Below the pieces are notes generated by a model. It saw only the letters and a program-made list of their open reading frames with translations, was not told the DNA's origin and made no database searches. A stretch of DNA of 64,000 nt from Chiloscyllium plagiosum (Eukaryota): assembly GCF_004010195.1 (NCBI RefSeq), contig NC_057719.1:43029248-43093247 (forward strand). The letters are read 5' to 3'. Shown piece by piece: positions 1-12,136 of the stretch (position 1 is its first letter; the number at the start of each line of letters is the position of its first letter). The translations under genes and the position numbers were made by a program.

Positions 1-362
1 TCCTCATCTCCCCTTCCCCCACCTCACCCCAGTTCCAAACTTCCAGCTCAGCACTGTCCCCATGACTTGTCCTACATGCCTATCTTCCTTTCCACCTATC
101 CACTCCACCCTCCTCTCTGACCTATCACCTCCATCCCCACCCCCATTCACCTATTGTACTCTATGCTACTTTCTCCCCACCCCCACCCTCCTCTCATTTA
201 TCTCTCCACCCTGCAGGCACTCTGCCTCTATTCCTGATGAAGGGCTTTTGTCCAAAATGTCGATTTTCCTGCTCCTCGGAAGCTGCCTGACTTGCTGTGC
301 TTTTCCAGTACCACTCTAATATTGAATCTGGTTTCCAGCATGTGCAGTCCTTGTTTTTACCT
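1..362 (+). mobile_element. Penelope-like element 3' end/pLTR (family A), truncated by window start
   Basis: Matches the 3' end of the PLE ORF at 27261-27330 (minus) and the pLTR at 28081-28308; decayed hammerhead ctgatga-agggc-tttt-gtcc-aaaatgtc at 234-261. Confidence 0.8.
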
Positions 363-500
363 ATTCTGAAGAAGGGTCACTGGACTGGAAATGTTAACTC
401 TGTTTAGTCTCCACAGATCCTACCAGACCTGCTAAGTTTCTCCAGCAATTTCTGTTCTTGTGTTTTCAGAACTCCAGCATCCACAGTTCTTTATTACAGT
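363..500 (+). mobile_element. Short PLE-tail element (family B) with hammerhead-like motif
   Basis: ctgaaga-agggtc-actg-gactg-gaaatgttaactctg, then ccagacctgctaagtttctccagcaatt; related to copies at 3195, 6205, 27097, 51885. Confidence 0.7.
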
Positions 501-599
501 TTACGCTTTTTATTAGTTTGCACCATTGCAAACATTCAATGTGAATGTCAGGAATACATAGATGTAAATATGTATTGCAGCACAACAAAGGTCCTGAAT

Positions 600-1250
600 G
601 ATTGCACCGGGAACCTGCAAAGTGGAATCTGCCCTGTAACATGATTGCCTTTGGTCACCTGCAGCATTTGGCTTCAGTAAAGAACCTGAATGCTGCTGCT
701 GGCTTAAGAACCACAGTCTAATCTGGTACCTTCCTAATCACAACCAAGAGGTTGTAGATGGTTTACAGTGTCAGTCTGTGATCCACATAGTATCATCATC
801 TCTGTATCTACAGAAGAGCCAAAATCCTGTCATGATACGTTTATTCTGTTTCAATGATCCTTCCTTAACACTTTCAGGCAGACAGCTGTCACAGGTTTGC
901 CTGCTAGGTCAGTGAATCAGACATGAGCTGGGTTAATTCCAAGTGGCTGCATTCGTAAACTCCAAAATTACTTTTTCTTGGCTTTTTACACAAGTGATCA
1001 TATAACTTTTCAATAACTTTGTTGGTGAAACTCTAATGGCGGTGAATGTCTCAAATTCAAGTCTGCTGTATTCACATTCTTGTGTTGAGAGTCACTGAAA
1101 GGGGCGTGAGCACCTTATTTTATGAGAACTGACTCAGACTGTCTTATAGCTGGTTGCACAATACTGTAATCTGGCAATTTAACTATAATACCTCTTTGTT
1201 ATCTGTTGACATCCTCTGCCTTCAATCTTTCTGAAGGAGTCTGAGCACCA
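600..1250 (-). mobile_element. Possible highly decayed Gypsy integrase region
   Basis: Minus-strand translation has weak integrase C-terminal-like patches (ILEFTNA.., INPAHV); lies downstream of the gag/pol remnants at 2150-3180 in the same orientation. Confidence 0.3.
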
Positions 1251-2149
1251 CTTGGTGACATGATGGTATAGACGCGATGAGCCAAAGGGCCTCTTCTACA
1301 TTGCATGATTCTATGATTCTATGAGGTCAGGTTCAAGTGACTGAATGACTTAGTTTCATAGTGTGGTATACAAAGAGAACAATTGTAATACTTTAACTCA
1401 TTTAATTCAATTAATTCAACTTATCTTTACATAATGTTACAGAATAAAGAACAAACCATATCATTTCATCAATTCATTTACTTAGTGAGACAAGATGATC
1501 AGTTATTCTGATTGCCAGAGAGAAACTGAAACAGGGTAGGCTCTAACTGTAATCTGGATGATGTGGAATCCCAGGAAATGGAAACAATACTCCTGCAAGT
1601 GGAACCTTCTGAAAAATCCCCATAAGAGTTGGAAACTTCAGTTAGACTTAATAGTAACCGAGGAAACATTTGAGTATTAATAACCTACTCTGAGTCCTGG
1701 GCAATTATTAAACTGAGCTCCTGACTCCAGCAACTACAGCTCCCCCAAACCCCTTACCACCCACTGAGGCCTAACAACAAACCTATGACCAGGTTTTTAA
1801 TTGCCCCTTGACCCAACCCAACTCCCACTCCATGCTAGACCCAACACATCATCCACTACTACCAGGAGGAACCCACCCTGCACTGGCCTGAACACTTTGG
1901 AGTCAAATGTCTTATACAACTGTCAAACCTGATGCTCCTCACCTCTAGTGGGACTCAGACTAACCCAGGTCAAGTGGCCTATCCTGACGTTTCCTGTGAC
2001 AGCCCCTGAACAAACTCCCCTACCCTGATCAGATTGATACCTCACTGAACCCAAGACTCCAAATTCATCTTGAGCCTAACATGTATGCCTATTATTTCAG
2101 ATTTGCAGCATCTACATTGCCTTAATTTTATATGTACATCTACATCCCT

Positions 2150-3180
2150 TATTTGCATTTCACATCTAGCAGGTATCCCTAAAAACAACACAGATTTCTT
2201 ACACATACTTTGCAGCAGATCAAAACAGTCTAAGGGAGCTGCTTTAAAGGGCCTGTGGTCAGACTCCCTTCTCATTTCGTTTTGCCAAACAGCTATCTCA
2301 AGCAAAAACAATAGTCAGGTATTCTTTCTCAATCTGAGTGAAGAGTTGTTCAGTTTCACTAAACACTGTTGGTTGTCCTTGCTCTGCATAAGAGTTGTTC
2401 CAAGACCTGTCTTTCATCTACTTGAAGGTGATATTCCTCAGGATAACTGAGACGAGTAACTATATCTTTATAATCTTTTAGGATCTGTTTGGCAGTAAAT
2501 GGTTTAGTGGCTTATCAAACACTGCAAGTTACTAGTCCAAGCTCTAGACTTGCTTCAACTGAGATGGATGGATTATGCTTAATGTCTACTATATGTAAAT
2601 CTAATGTCGAAGACAGTCCTATCTCTGATGAGATCATCTTTCAGCTTTGCAAACTCACAGATTCAGCCAGTTATATCACATATCCATCAACGGTCTCCAT
2701 CTCTCTATAAGCTCTCATGTTAAACATATGCTATTCATATGTAATATTAATTTGGAATTCAAATCATGTGTTCAAGACTTTCAAAATTTCTGCAGTCTGT
2801 TTTTCCCCTCCTCAATGAGATGTCCAATACAATATTTGTGGCACTCTTTCATGAACATTGATATCTGGAACCTATATGATCAGGTTTTTAAATTAATTCT
2901 GCTGCTATTTTGTAGTTATGCCATTGAGAGTGGAAAAATTCAATTGTATCTCATAATCTTCTTTCAGTTCCACAACAGCTGGGAATGGAAACATGCAGCC
3001 AATTTGACTCACCCAATAATTCAAAGTTGCGGATTGTTTTCTTTTTATTTCTTCATTACTGTTTCTTTTAGTTCTGTAAATTCTGAAAATCTGATAATTT
3101 TCAGCTGCAGCATTCCTACCATGTTTCAACTGATGTGTGTAATGGGCTGCCACAAACTGCATAGACAGGCATTCACAAAA
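2150..3180 (-). mobile_element. Decayed, internally deleted Gypsy (Ty3) gag-pol remnant
   Basis: Translation through stops gives NITYE*HMFNMRAYREMETVDGYV (gag), ASLELGLV..KQILKDYKDIV..YPEEYHLQVDE (protease-RT junction) and ESDHRPF (RNase H TDHKPL-like). Confidence 0.6.
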
Positions 3181-3194
3181 GAGGTAGAGATCAC

Positions 3195-3296
3195 AGGTTC
3201 TGAGGAAGGGTCACCAGACCTGAAACATTAACTCTGGATTTCTCTCCACAGTTGCTGCCAAACCTGCTGAGCTTTTCCAGCAACTTCAGTTTTTGT
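3195..3296 (+). mobile_element. Short PLE-tail element (family B) with hammerhead-like motif
   Basis: caggtt-ctgagga-agggtc-acca-gacct-gaaac-att-aactctg. Confidence 0.7.
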
Positions 3297-4516
3297 TAGC
3301 GATCACAGCACAGCTACAGTCAGCCAGTACTCTCAGCAGAATTACATTTTTCCAACAGTGTCTAACTCCTCAGTATCTAATAGAATAGTGTTACTTACAT
3401 GAGTCTGCTGCAGTATTATGAATACGTAGTCCACATTTCTGCCAGTGTCCACTCTCTGTGTTGCTGACTGATAGCGTCCTTCCGGTATTTGCTTTCTTGA
3501 CCTTTTCAGTGCTAGATATTGCAATACAGCAAGGTACTGTTGACATAAACATGGTGTTCAACTGCAGTGCATATGGTAGGTTGTGTGTAATGCAACCTCC
3601 AGTCTCTGGTGATGGAGGCCTGGATATTGAGTCAAGATTCATGAGTACATATCAAGCAAATTATTCTGATCTGAATGATATGTAATGACCAATCAAGGAA
3701 CAACATGTACCTCAGTTTGTAATATGGACTCAACATTTGATCTTGGTAATAATTCAAAAACGTACAAACATCACTATTAAAATAAAACAAATATTTGTAC
3801 AAATGTTTTGATCCTAGATTTTAAATTGTGATATAATTACCATAGTTTGTTTTCAATAAGTCAAAATCAATGAGCTCCAATGCAATATATGCTCATTCTC
3901 TCCTCTTCTGCATTTACAGCTTCACAATTTAGATTGGTTGCTATAGCTACTAGGAGGGGAAGCTAAGAATAAAAGTCTTATGACTGCAAGAGCTTATGCA
4001 ATAAACTAGAAAATATTGCCATGTTTTTATGAGTATATCAGGACAGACCATCTTAAGTGGGTAACTCAAATGATTTATCATCATCTGCCTTTCTGCATGA
4101 TGCTATTTGTTATACGATCACTGATAAAATTAACTTCTGCAATTTCTCATGATCACATATGATATTTTTGCAAGATTGGATTATGACTATTTAATTTAGT
4201 TCTCAGTTAAATATTTGTTCTAGTTGCACAGTATTTTCATGTGATTGGATCACTGAAGTACATTTCTTCTTCACCCTCACCCCCCAGGCAGTGAAATGAA
4301 AAGTAAGGAGTCCACTTGCCAATTGTGCACTCTGATCAGGCGCTGTCCCATTCTAGCAACACAGAGTAAAACCTATTTCATTTTGAACCATTTGAATTAT
4401 TGTAATTTATTCTAAAAGTTAAACAAATTAATAATAAAAATTGTGTAACAGTTGAGGGGAAATGATTGATTAGTGGTATTGTCTCTGGACAAGTAATCCA
4501 GAGACTCAGATAATAT

Positions 4517-5560
4517 TAACAATTTTTGAAAAGATTTGTAGCTCAGGTTGATGATAAATATGTAAGTTAGCTCACTGAGCTGGAAGGTTTGTTTTCAGAC
4601 ATTTCTTCACCATGACTAGGTAACATCATCAGTGAGAGTCTCCGGTGAAGCACTGGTGGTATGTCCCACTTCTAAGGGATGGTAGATAGAATCTAAATCG
4701 ACGTATTTATTGATGGAGCTCTGGTTAGAATGCCATGCCTCTAAGAATTCTCGTGTATGTCTTTGTATGCCTGTCCTAGGGTGTGTGTTGTCCTAGTCAA
4801 AGTGGTGTCCTTTTTTGTCTGAATGTATAGAAATTAGTGATACTGGGTCATGTCTTTTGGCGGCCAGTTGGTGATCATGTATCCTGGTGGCAAGTTTTCT
4901 GCTAGTTTGTCCAATGTAATTTTTTTTACAATTCTTGTATGATATCTTGTAAATGACGTTAGTTTTGCTGGTAGTATCTAATGGATCCTTTAGGTTCATT
5001 GGTCACTGTTTAAGTGTGTTGGTAGGTTTGTGGGCTACCATAATGCCAAGGGGTCTGAGTAGTCTGAAAGTCATTCCTGATATGTCTTTGATGTACGGTA
5101 ATGTGGCTATAGGTTTTGGTTGCATTGTGTCTGCTTGTTTGAGTTTTTTTTCTAAGGAATTGGCAGATTGTGTTTATTGGGTACCCATTTTTCTTGAAAA
5201 CATTGAATAGATATTTTTCTTCTGCTTTTTGTAGTTCTTGGGTATTGCAGTGTGATGTAGCTCATTGAAATAATGTCTTGATGCAGCTCTATTTGTTGGT
5301 GTTGAGATGATTGTTTCTGAAGTTAAGTTTTTGATCTGTGTTTATTGTTTTTCTGTAGGCGCTGGTTTGAACCTTTCTGTTAACTGTATGTTCAACTGTT
5401 GCGTCTAGAAATCGGAGTTTGTTCTCGTTCTCCTCCTCTTTTGTGAATTTTATGCCTTTCAGGATATTGTTGATGGTGTTGTATGTTTCTTCTAACTTGT
5501 TCCATTTTGTGATGACAAAGGTGTCATCTACGTAGCAGACCAAAGATTTGGGTTGGATCA
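4517..5560 (-). mobile_element. 5'-truncated Penelope-like element (family C): RT C-terminus, GIY-YIG endonuclease, 3' hammerhead
   Basis: ORF 5289-5621 (YVDDTFVI..IKFTKEEENENKLRFLD) and ORF 4793-4999 (NVIYKISYKNCKKNYIGQTSRKLATRIHDH); 7-bp TSD ataatat at 4510-4516 and 5561-5567. Confidence 0.9.
4596..4634 (-). ncRNA. Type I hammerhead ribozyme-like motif (family C)
   Basis: Minus strand reads ca-CUGAUGA-u-GUUACC-uagucau-GGUGAA-GAAAU-GUC-ug; closing pair of stem II is mutated. Confidence 0.65.
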
Positions 5561-6204
5561 ATAATATCCTGAGGACCTGGGCTCGAAACACACCACAGCA
5601 GATGGTGAAATTTGAATTCAATAAAAGTCTAGAATTAAAGGTCTAATGATGAGCAACTATCAAAAAATACCATTTGAATCACTAATATCCTTTTGAGAAG
5701 GAACCTCGCACCTTTACCTGGTCTTGCCTACATGTGATCCAAGAACCACAGCAGTGTGATTGACTCTCAACTGCCCTCTGAAATTGCCCAGTATGCCATT
5801 TAATTTATCAACCACTGAAAAGGAAAAAGGAAAGTAACCATATGTCATTGATTAAGATGAAATTGGCAATTGTGGCCCTGTCAGACCTGCAAAGTTCTCC
5901 TGACTGATATCTGGAAGCTAGGTCCAGAATTGGGGAAGCTATCTCACAGACTAGTCAAACAACAGCCTAACAGAGTCAAGGAATCATACTTTGTACACAA
6001 TGTCCCAGATAACTCCATCTCCCTCCCTGAGTATGTCCTGTCCCACCAGCAAGACAGACCAAGCAGAGATGGTGGTACGGAGATATATAGTCACAAGGGA
6101 TGTGCTATAGGTGTCTCACAGCATCAGGTCAAACATAAGCAAGAAAACCTGCTGCTAAGTATCATGTACTGCCTTCCTTCTGCTGACAAATCAATGCTCC
6201 TCTG

Positions 6205-6305
6205 CCAAACAGAAGGTGCTGGAGAAACTCAGCAAGTCTGGCAGCATCTGAGAAGAGAGAAAGAGAATTAACATTTCAAGTCCAATATGATTTCTTCAGA
6301 ACTGA
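6205..6305 (-). mobile_element. Short PLE-tail element (family B)
   Basis: Minus strand: cagttctgaagaaatcatattggacttgaaatgttaattctc..ccagacttgctgagtttctccagcacc. Confidence 0.6.
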
Positions 6306-6489
6306 GAGTTTACTTCCTTGCCTTTCTCATCTTTCAGTTTGCAATTATACTTCTATCCTCTGCCACACATTGGCACTCATCATCTTCACCACCAGTTTAC
6401 AAGTTTACACTGATGCTCAGCACTTGACCCCCCCCCCACCCCGCTCCACACCCCTAATCATAATGGTCATTCTCCTAAGTTGCCTCCTT

Positions 6490-6990
6490 GACATAGAACA
6501 AAATTAGGCAATTCAGCCCATCGTGCCTGGGTCAGCCCTCATAAAGAACAATCCGCTTCATCCCACTCCCAGATCTTTCCCCATAGCTCCGTCAGTGCTC
6601 ACGTTATGAGTACTTAACAATTCCCTTCAATGGCTGCTACTATATCTACTTCCATCACTCCCTTCAGGCTGTGCATTATAGTCTGTAAGTCTGCTTAATT
6701 TTCCCTCAAATGATGCCAATTATAATTTTAACAATTACTTTAAACTTATGTATTTTGGTTATATACCTTTTGCCACTGAAAATAGTTTCTCTTTATTTAT
6801 TCCTCACAGCATTTCATGATTTTGAACTCATATATTAAAATTCCCTTTAAGGTTTCTGCTGTAAAGAGAACAGTTCCAGCTCTTTAATCTCTAAATATAA
6901 CTAAAGTCCCACAACCGCCATGCCATTCTAATAAATGTTCTCAGCACCCTTTCCTAGGTCATGCTGTCTCTCCTCAAACTTGCTATCTTT
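6490..6990 (-). mobile_element. Decayed CR1 LINE 3' fragment
   Basis: CR1 3'-tail antisense pattern (ggcaattcagcccat..., aaagagaacagttccagc, cattctaataaatgttctcagcaccct). Confidence 0.6.
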
Positions 6991-8308
6991 TGTTATTGCA
7001 TGCATTGCTTCTTTGTGCTATGATACAATGATCATATTTCTTCATTAATTAAAACTTATTGCTTTATTCTTTTGTGCCCCCCACCACTGTCCAACATTTC
7101 GTTGATAAGTATTCTATCATCAGTGCATTTGATCAAAGGGCATTTTGTTTAAGAAACAGCAATTAGCCTGATCTATTATTTATGAAAGAAACAGCAGACT
7201 CCTGCAGCAGCAACAGAAACCACTAAGAGGCACATTGTCCCAACCCTATACTGGAATAGAATTACCTCTCTTTTTGAATCCTGGTAGTGTAGTCTCACTG
7301 TTATTTATTTCCTATTAGATATTTAATAATTATAATTGCATGTTATAACATACATTGAATTTTAAAAATCGACATGGCATCAAAAATATTGCTAACAATA
7401 TCTAACTTTTAAGTTTATAGGTTCCACATTCTCCATGTTTAATACTGACTCTTGGCAGCACATCAAGTATATGGCAACAGAGGTTGTGAGTGACACCCTT
7501 GTTAGTGAAAAACTTGTATTTTTCCTACTGTGCATAAGAACCTTCATTTCAACAAATTCATGCTCAGACAATGTGGCACCATCTACCTGAGGCATCAAGT
7601 ACTTGGATGCCTCCACGTGTTCGGTCATCTTTTCAAATAAAGTGAAGATTTGAACAGGGACACAGCTGGAGTTACACAAAGCATTACCTTCAATTTAAGT
7701 TGCCATTGGAAAAATCAAACAATCCTATAGGAATAATCACAGACAGTGTGCTTTCTTTCATTTTTTTTATTGCGAAGTGCATCTGCTGGAATGCAGCAGC
7801 ACCAAGTACTGATCCAAAACGTACAGTTCATCAGGTAATTGTTCCCAAAGGACTGTGTTTCCCGTCATGTTTATTTCATCCAACTGTGTTTATTGAAGGG
7901 GAATAAAATGCAAGACAGGCTAGTCGACTCAATAAATGGAGTACAAGCCAAGCAATGTTCAATGATTCATGTAATGTAATCATGCCAGGCTGTGCCAATA
8001 AAGTCAGTTGGATGGCTTCACTCCTGTCGGCTTAGGTGGCATCATTAAAATCAAATAAGAAATCTGAGACTGTTTAGGAGGAAGGGAAGTGCTGATAATA
8101 GTTAGCCCTTGCAGAAGGACAGGAGACTATCAACAACAAAATATAAATAACAAAATTATAAATTCCTTCAGTTCTAGATGTCATTTCAATAACAGTGACA
8201 ATCACAGTGGTTCTTTGCAACATGATGTATTTGGCACATTTCTGAAAAAAATAGGTTGAGTTGGAGTGTATGTGTAAATTCTTTTCCTTTCAACTCTATC
8301 AACACAGT

Positions 8309-10145
8309 GGGTAGAATCTCCCCAGCTCCTGAACGATGTGGGAAATGATGCGTCAGTTAGAAAATTATGCTGAGATGGGAAAAATTTGATTCACAATGTT
8401 AAAAATCAAAGATCAGATTCTGCAACTAAATTTTGAACAACAAGATTAAAATCTCATTAGTGAGGGGCAAGAGGCCTATTTGCATGCATTTCCATGCTAT
8501 TATTACCTAATCCTGCCTCATTGATATGTAGCTTCCTATTCTCCCACTGTCCAGCTAGGAACTAGACAGTGGTAATCCCTTTCACGAGAGTCAGTGCAAG
8601 TCTGGCGACTCAAGCTTAGCGCTTGCTTCCATGCATTATCATCTGGGTCACCAGTCACCAATGTCTCAGAGTACACTCCATGATCAGTGACCACCTGCTC
8701 CTTTCATCCCTGCAGGTTGGCATCAGATACATACTAGCCTAAACACAACATCATGACCTATCACCAACCCACTGCACTACAGTTCTGCTCTTCAATGTTG
8801 CACTTTAGAGCACACCAGCACATATCAATGTTGCTGTATGAACACATTGTGTGCAGGGACGAGAACCCAACTTATGGACTCAACCAGGATGAATCTCAGA
8901 GCTCCTCATTTATTCTCTTACTGCTGATTCACTTTGTGTTTACTACCTCTGCCTAGCCTAGCCTTGCCAGCCAGCGCTTTAAGGTTCACAATATGTCTGT
9001 CTTGCCGGAACAGGCCTGTTAGACACAAAGCCAGGCAGCTTGTCAAGTTTGTCAGCAGTGATCAATCAACCTCAAACTTACACTATGTGCCAGTAGCCTA
9101 CACATTATATGTAATTCAGTCAAACGGCCATATCTCAAGTCTAAGGGAAGGAGTGTTCAGTCACAACAAGGGAGACAGCCTTTCGTCAGGAAAGCATAGC
9201 ACAGTAAGTCAAGACTATTGTCCATGATCAGTCCAAATTTGGATATTGTCAGTTGGCTGCTTGGTCAGGTCAAGAGATCTGAATGACTACAGTCCCAGGA
9301 GTGGGCCACCATCAGTCCAGTACATTCAGTGCATCCAGTCCAGGGATTCATGGGAGGTCAGAAGTCAGATGCAGACCTGCACAGAGATGAGTCAGGGGTC
9401 CAGTCACTCATCAGTCACAGATGTCTGCCTAAGTCAGTCAGAGGATGTTGGCCATGGTCAGTCCTGGTGTCACTGCACTGAAAGTCAAGGGGCTTAGATA
9501 ACAGGAGTCACTGCTGTGGTAGGGAAGTTGGGGAAGTCAATTCTGGGGATTAGAGGCAACATGCTGGATACAGAAGGGACATTACATGTGAAGGGAGGAA
9601 ACTCAACCCTTATCGGGGCAGGCAATAGTGCATTGGAAGACATGGGTTACTGTGGGAAGGGGATCATTGATGGTCATAACCACCCTTGCCTCAATAGAGG
9701 TTGGTGCAGCATGTTGGAATGACTAAGGACCAGAGCCAACATGGAGGTAACATTGGGAGCTGAAGTCATGATGTGGGCATATGTGGAAGCTCAGTGCTGA
9801 TAAGACTGATAGGGAAAGCAAGGATGAAAGGAACATAAAGATGCATGGAGGTTGGATAGGGAGAAGTTCCATTGATTACCAGTGTGTATGACTCACTGTG
9901 ACCTACATTGCCCTCCAAATATCACTGAATGATAAATGCACAATGGAAATGGAAAATGGTTATGACCGTACTTGGAGTGGGAGGAGTGTTTGTTTTTCTG
10001 TCTGACCACATGTACTTGGGAGCAATGCGAGGCCCTTCAAGCAGCAATTGCATTAATCACGCACTTACACATTACAGGCATCTGTAATCATAGTACTCCA
10101 TGTGTGAAAGTCATGCAACTATCCAACTGTGTGGGATAATCCTGG
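8309..10145. mobile_element. Probable decayed PIF/Harbinger-related element
   Basis: Starts gggtagaatctcc (Harbinger-like terminus); composition and weak Myb-like patches (about 9560-9760, minus) resemble the element at 34717-37670. Confidence 0.35.
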
Positions 10146-11981
10146 TCAAAAGCAATCTTGATTACATCATTGTTCATTACAGATTGAAGGTAGTTATCTC
10201 TGTGAAGTAGAGGTAATCACAGGGGACTTTAAAATTGACAGCTGTGGGCCACAATTCACAAAGACAATCCAAGATCTCATTGGCTGTACAGGCTGATTTC
10301 CTCTTGCCTTGAATAGAAAGCATTCACTAATATGCCTTTCTCGGGTGATGAGGAAGAAACATAGAGGAATCTCTATGGAGGAATGCGAATCACTAATCAT
10401 AGAGCAGAGTCATTTAAATGTAATAAGTAAAATTATAGAAAATGAAGTAAGCAATACAAATTACCAGCTCTACGTTTTTTTTTAGTGGTTGGGCCTTCCT
10501 TTTTTTCCTTTCTATTTTAGGACTTCTGGTCAGGTCTGTGATTCTAATTTTAATATCTGGAGAACTGGGACAGATATGTCAACTTGTGCAGCACAAAGAA
10601 TCAATGCTCACCCACCTGGCATTTCTTCCAATACTTGATCACCTCACATTGCTGTTGGTACAATGCAGTACACATAAGTCAGTATGATTCACAGTCAGTA
10701 TAGGAGATGAACCTTGAGTTATTATTACACTTTACAGGGCGTGTAACCATTTTAACATAAAACATGATTCGACAATGATTTAAATGTTTCCATTTTAACT
10801 ATAAAGCCAAAACTGCACACTTACATTCAGGAAATTGCTAAGAATAATTTTGAGAAAAACGATAGGAATTCCACTTCAGGTTCTGAACACAGGATGAAAC
10901 AAGTCTTTTGGCAAAACCTTCATGGTCAGGTGACTTTAAAACCTGAAAGCATAGGAATGTTCCCTTTCTTTCTCAGTAAGGTCTGACCTTGGCTATTCAT
11001 TGACCTTCTTCTCATTCCAACTTGTCTATTATGAGATAACTCATAATCATCTGCCATGACTGAGGCATATTTTACACGGATTGTCACCTTTCAGGTGAGA
11101 CTTTAATCCCAAAGTAACATCATATAGGGGTCTGTGTGACTGGCTGGGTCAACACCTAGTGTGGGCAGATTGTCAGTTTGATGGTTGAGAGTGTGGGATC
11201 CACGTTTATGAGACAGTGGGATATTGAAGGAGCAAATACATAACGCAGTTGTTTTCACACCTCAAATATACTTAATTTTCAAGCATTTCATGGCCTATCT
11301 GTGACGTATGCAGAAAGAAGATGCTCAGAGGTCAGAAACTGGTTATAGATTAATTGCACCATGCCAATGGTGCTTGCAATTTGAGACTTGGCATCTCAAT
11401 GATGTTGAAGTTAGCAGTAATGACTTTAAAAGAAGCCAATGCTCACTAAAGATTAACCAATATTCATACAGCTTCCAAGCATACAGTGGGAGAAGCACAC
11501 CATTGCTTGATCATGTGTCACATGTCATTGTCTGTGAATGCAGTGAGAAGTTGATTGGTTGATGGTGCTCTGGAACATGAAGGGTTTAGACAAAATGTGC
11601 TAGTTACACAGCTGGCATGGTTCATTCACATGGCGCTCACATAGGGTGCAGCATGTCTCGATGTATGATCAAGTGTGCCTCAGCTCTCAAAAACAATAAT
11701 CACCACTGACTCTTTTGAGATCTAAGAACCTCTTTCACTCCTTATGCTCCCCATGTAGGTCATTTCCATTGAGAACTCTGGGCCCAGCCACTGTTGGGAT
11801 GTTGATTGCTGCGGCTGCCTGTCCAGGAAGGCAAAAGCAAATCCAGAAGGTCCAGGTGCCATGGTAAGCATGAGAGCAGCAGTAGGCTGGTGCAGAGCAT
11901 GAGGAGTATCTGGCCTAGGGAGAGGTCATAGCTGCAGGGCCCTGAGAATGCGTGGGGCCTACAGGAGGCTAAGTGCTTTTC

Positions 11982-12114
11982 AGGAGAAAGTGAGGTCTGC
12001 AGATGCTGGAGATCAGAGCTGGAAATGTGTTGCTGGAAAAGCGCAGCAGGTCAGGCAGCATCCAGGGAACAGGAGAATCGACGTTTCGGGCATAAGCCCT
12101 TCTTCAGGAATGAA
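11982..12114 (-). mobile_element. Short PLE-tail element (family A), young copy
   Basis: ggagaaagtgaggtctgcagatgctggagatc..ggaaaagcgcagcaggtcaggcagcatcc..gacgtttcgggcataagcccttcttcaggaatg; CpGs retained. Confidence 0.85.
12076..12112 (-). ncRNA. Minimal type I hammerhead ribozyme, intact core (family A)
   Basis: Minus strand: cauuc-CUGAAGA-a-GGGC-uuau-GCCC-GAAAC-GUC-gauu; all core nucleotides present. Confidence 0.75.
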
Positions 12115-12136
12115 GGCTCTGAATGAACCAAGGGTG

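Larger units (their letters stand above)
4465..6200 (+). mobile_element. 5' part of a CR1/L2-group LINE with a tRNA-like head, interrupted by a PLE
   Basis: A-box-like tagtggtattg and B-box-like gggctcgaaac; APE endonuclease N-terminus in ORF 5870-6271 (LLTDIWKLGPELGKLSHRLVKQQP..ESY..ISLPEYVLSHQQDRPSRDGG). Confidence 0.65.

Noticed and set aside
234..261. Active hammerhead at this copy (also 28182, 28981, 51001)
   Set aside because: Core substitutions (GAAA to AAAA or altered CUGAUGA) should abolish catalysis; kept only as decayed family members
2647..3231. 194-aa plus-strand ORF
   Set aside because: Antisense to the Gypsy gag remnant, non-ATG start, and runs into a PLE-tail element
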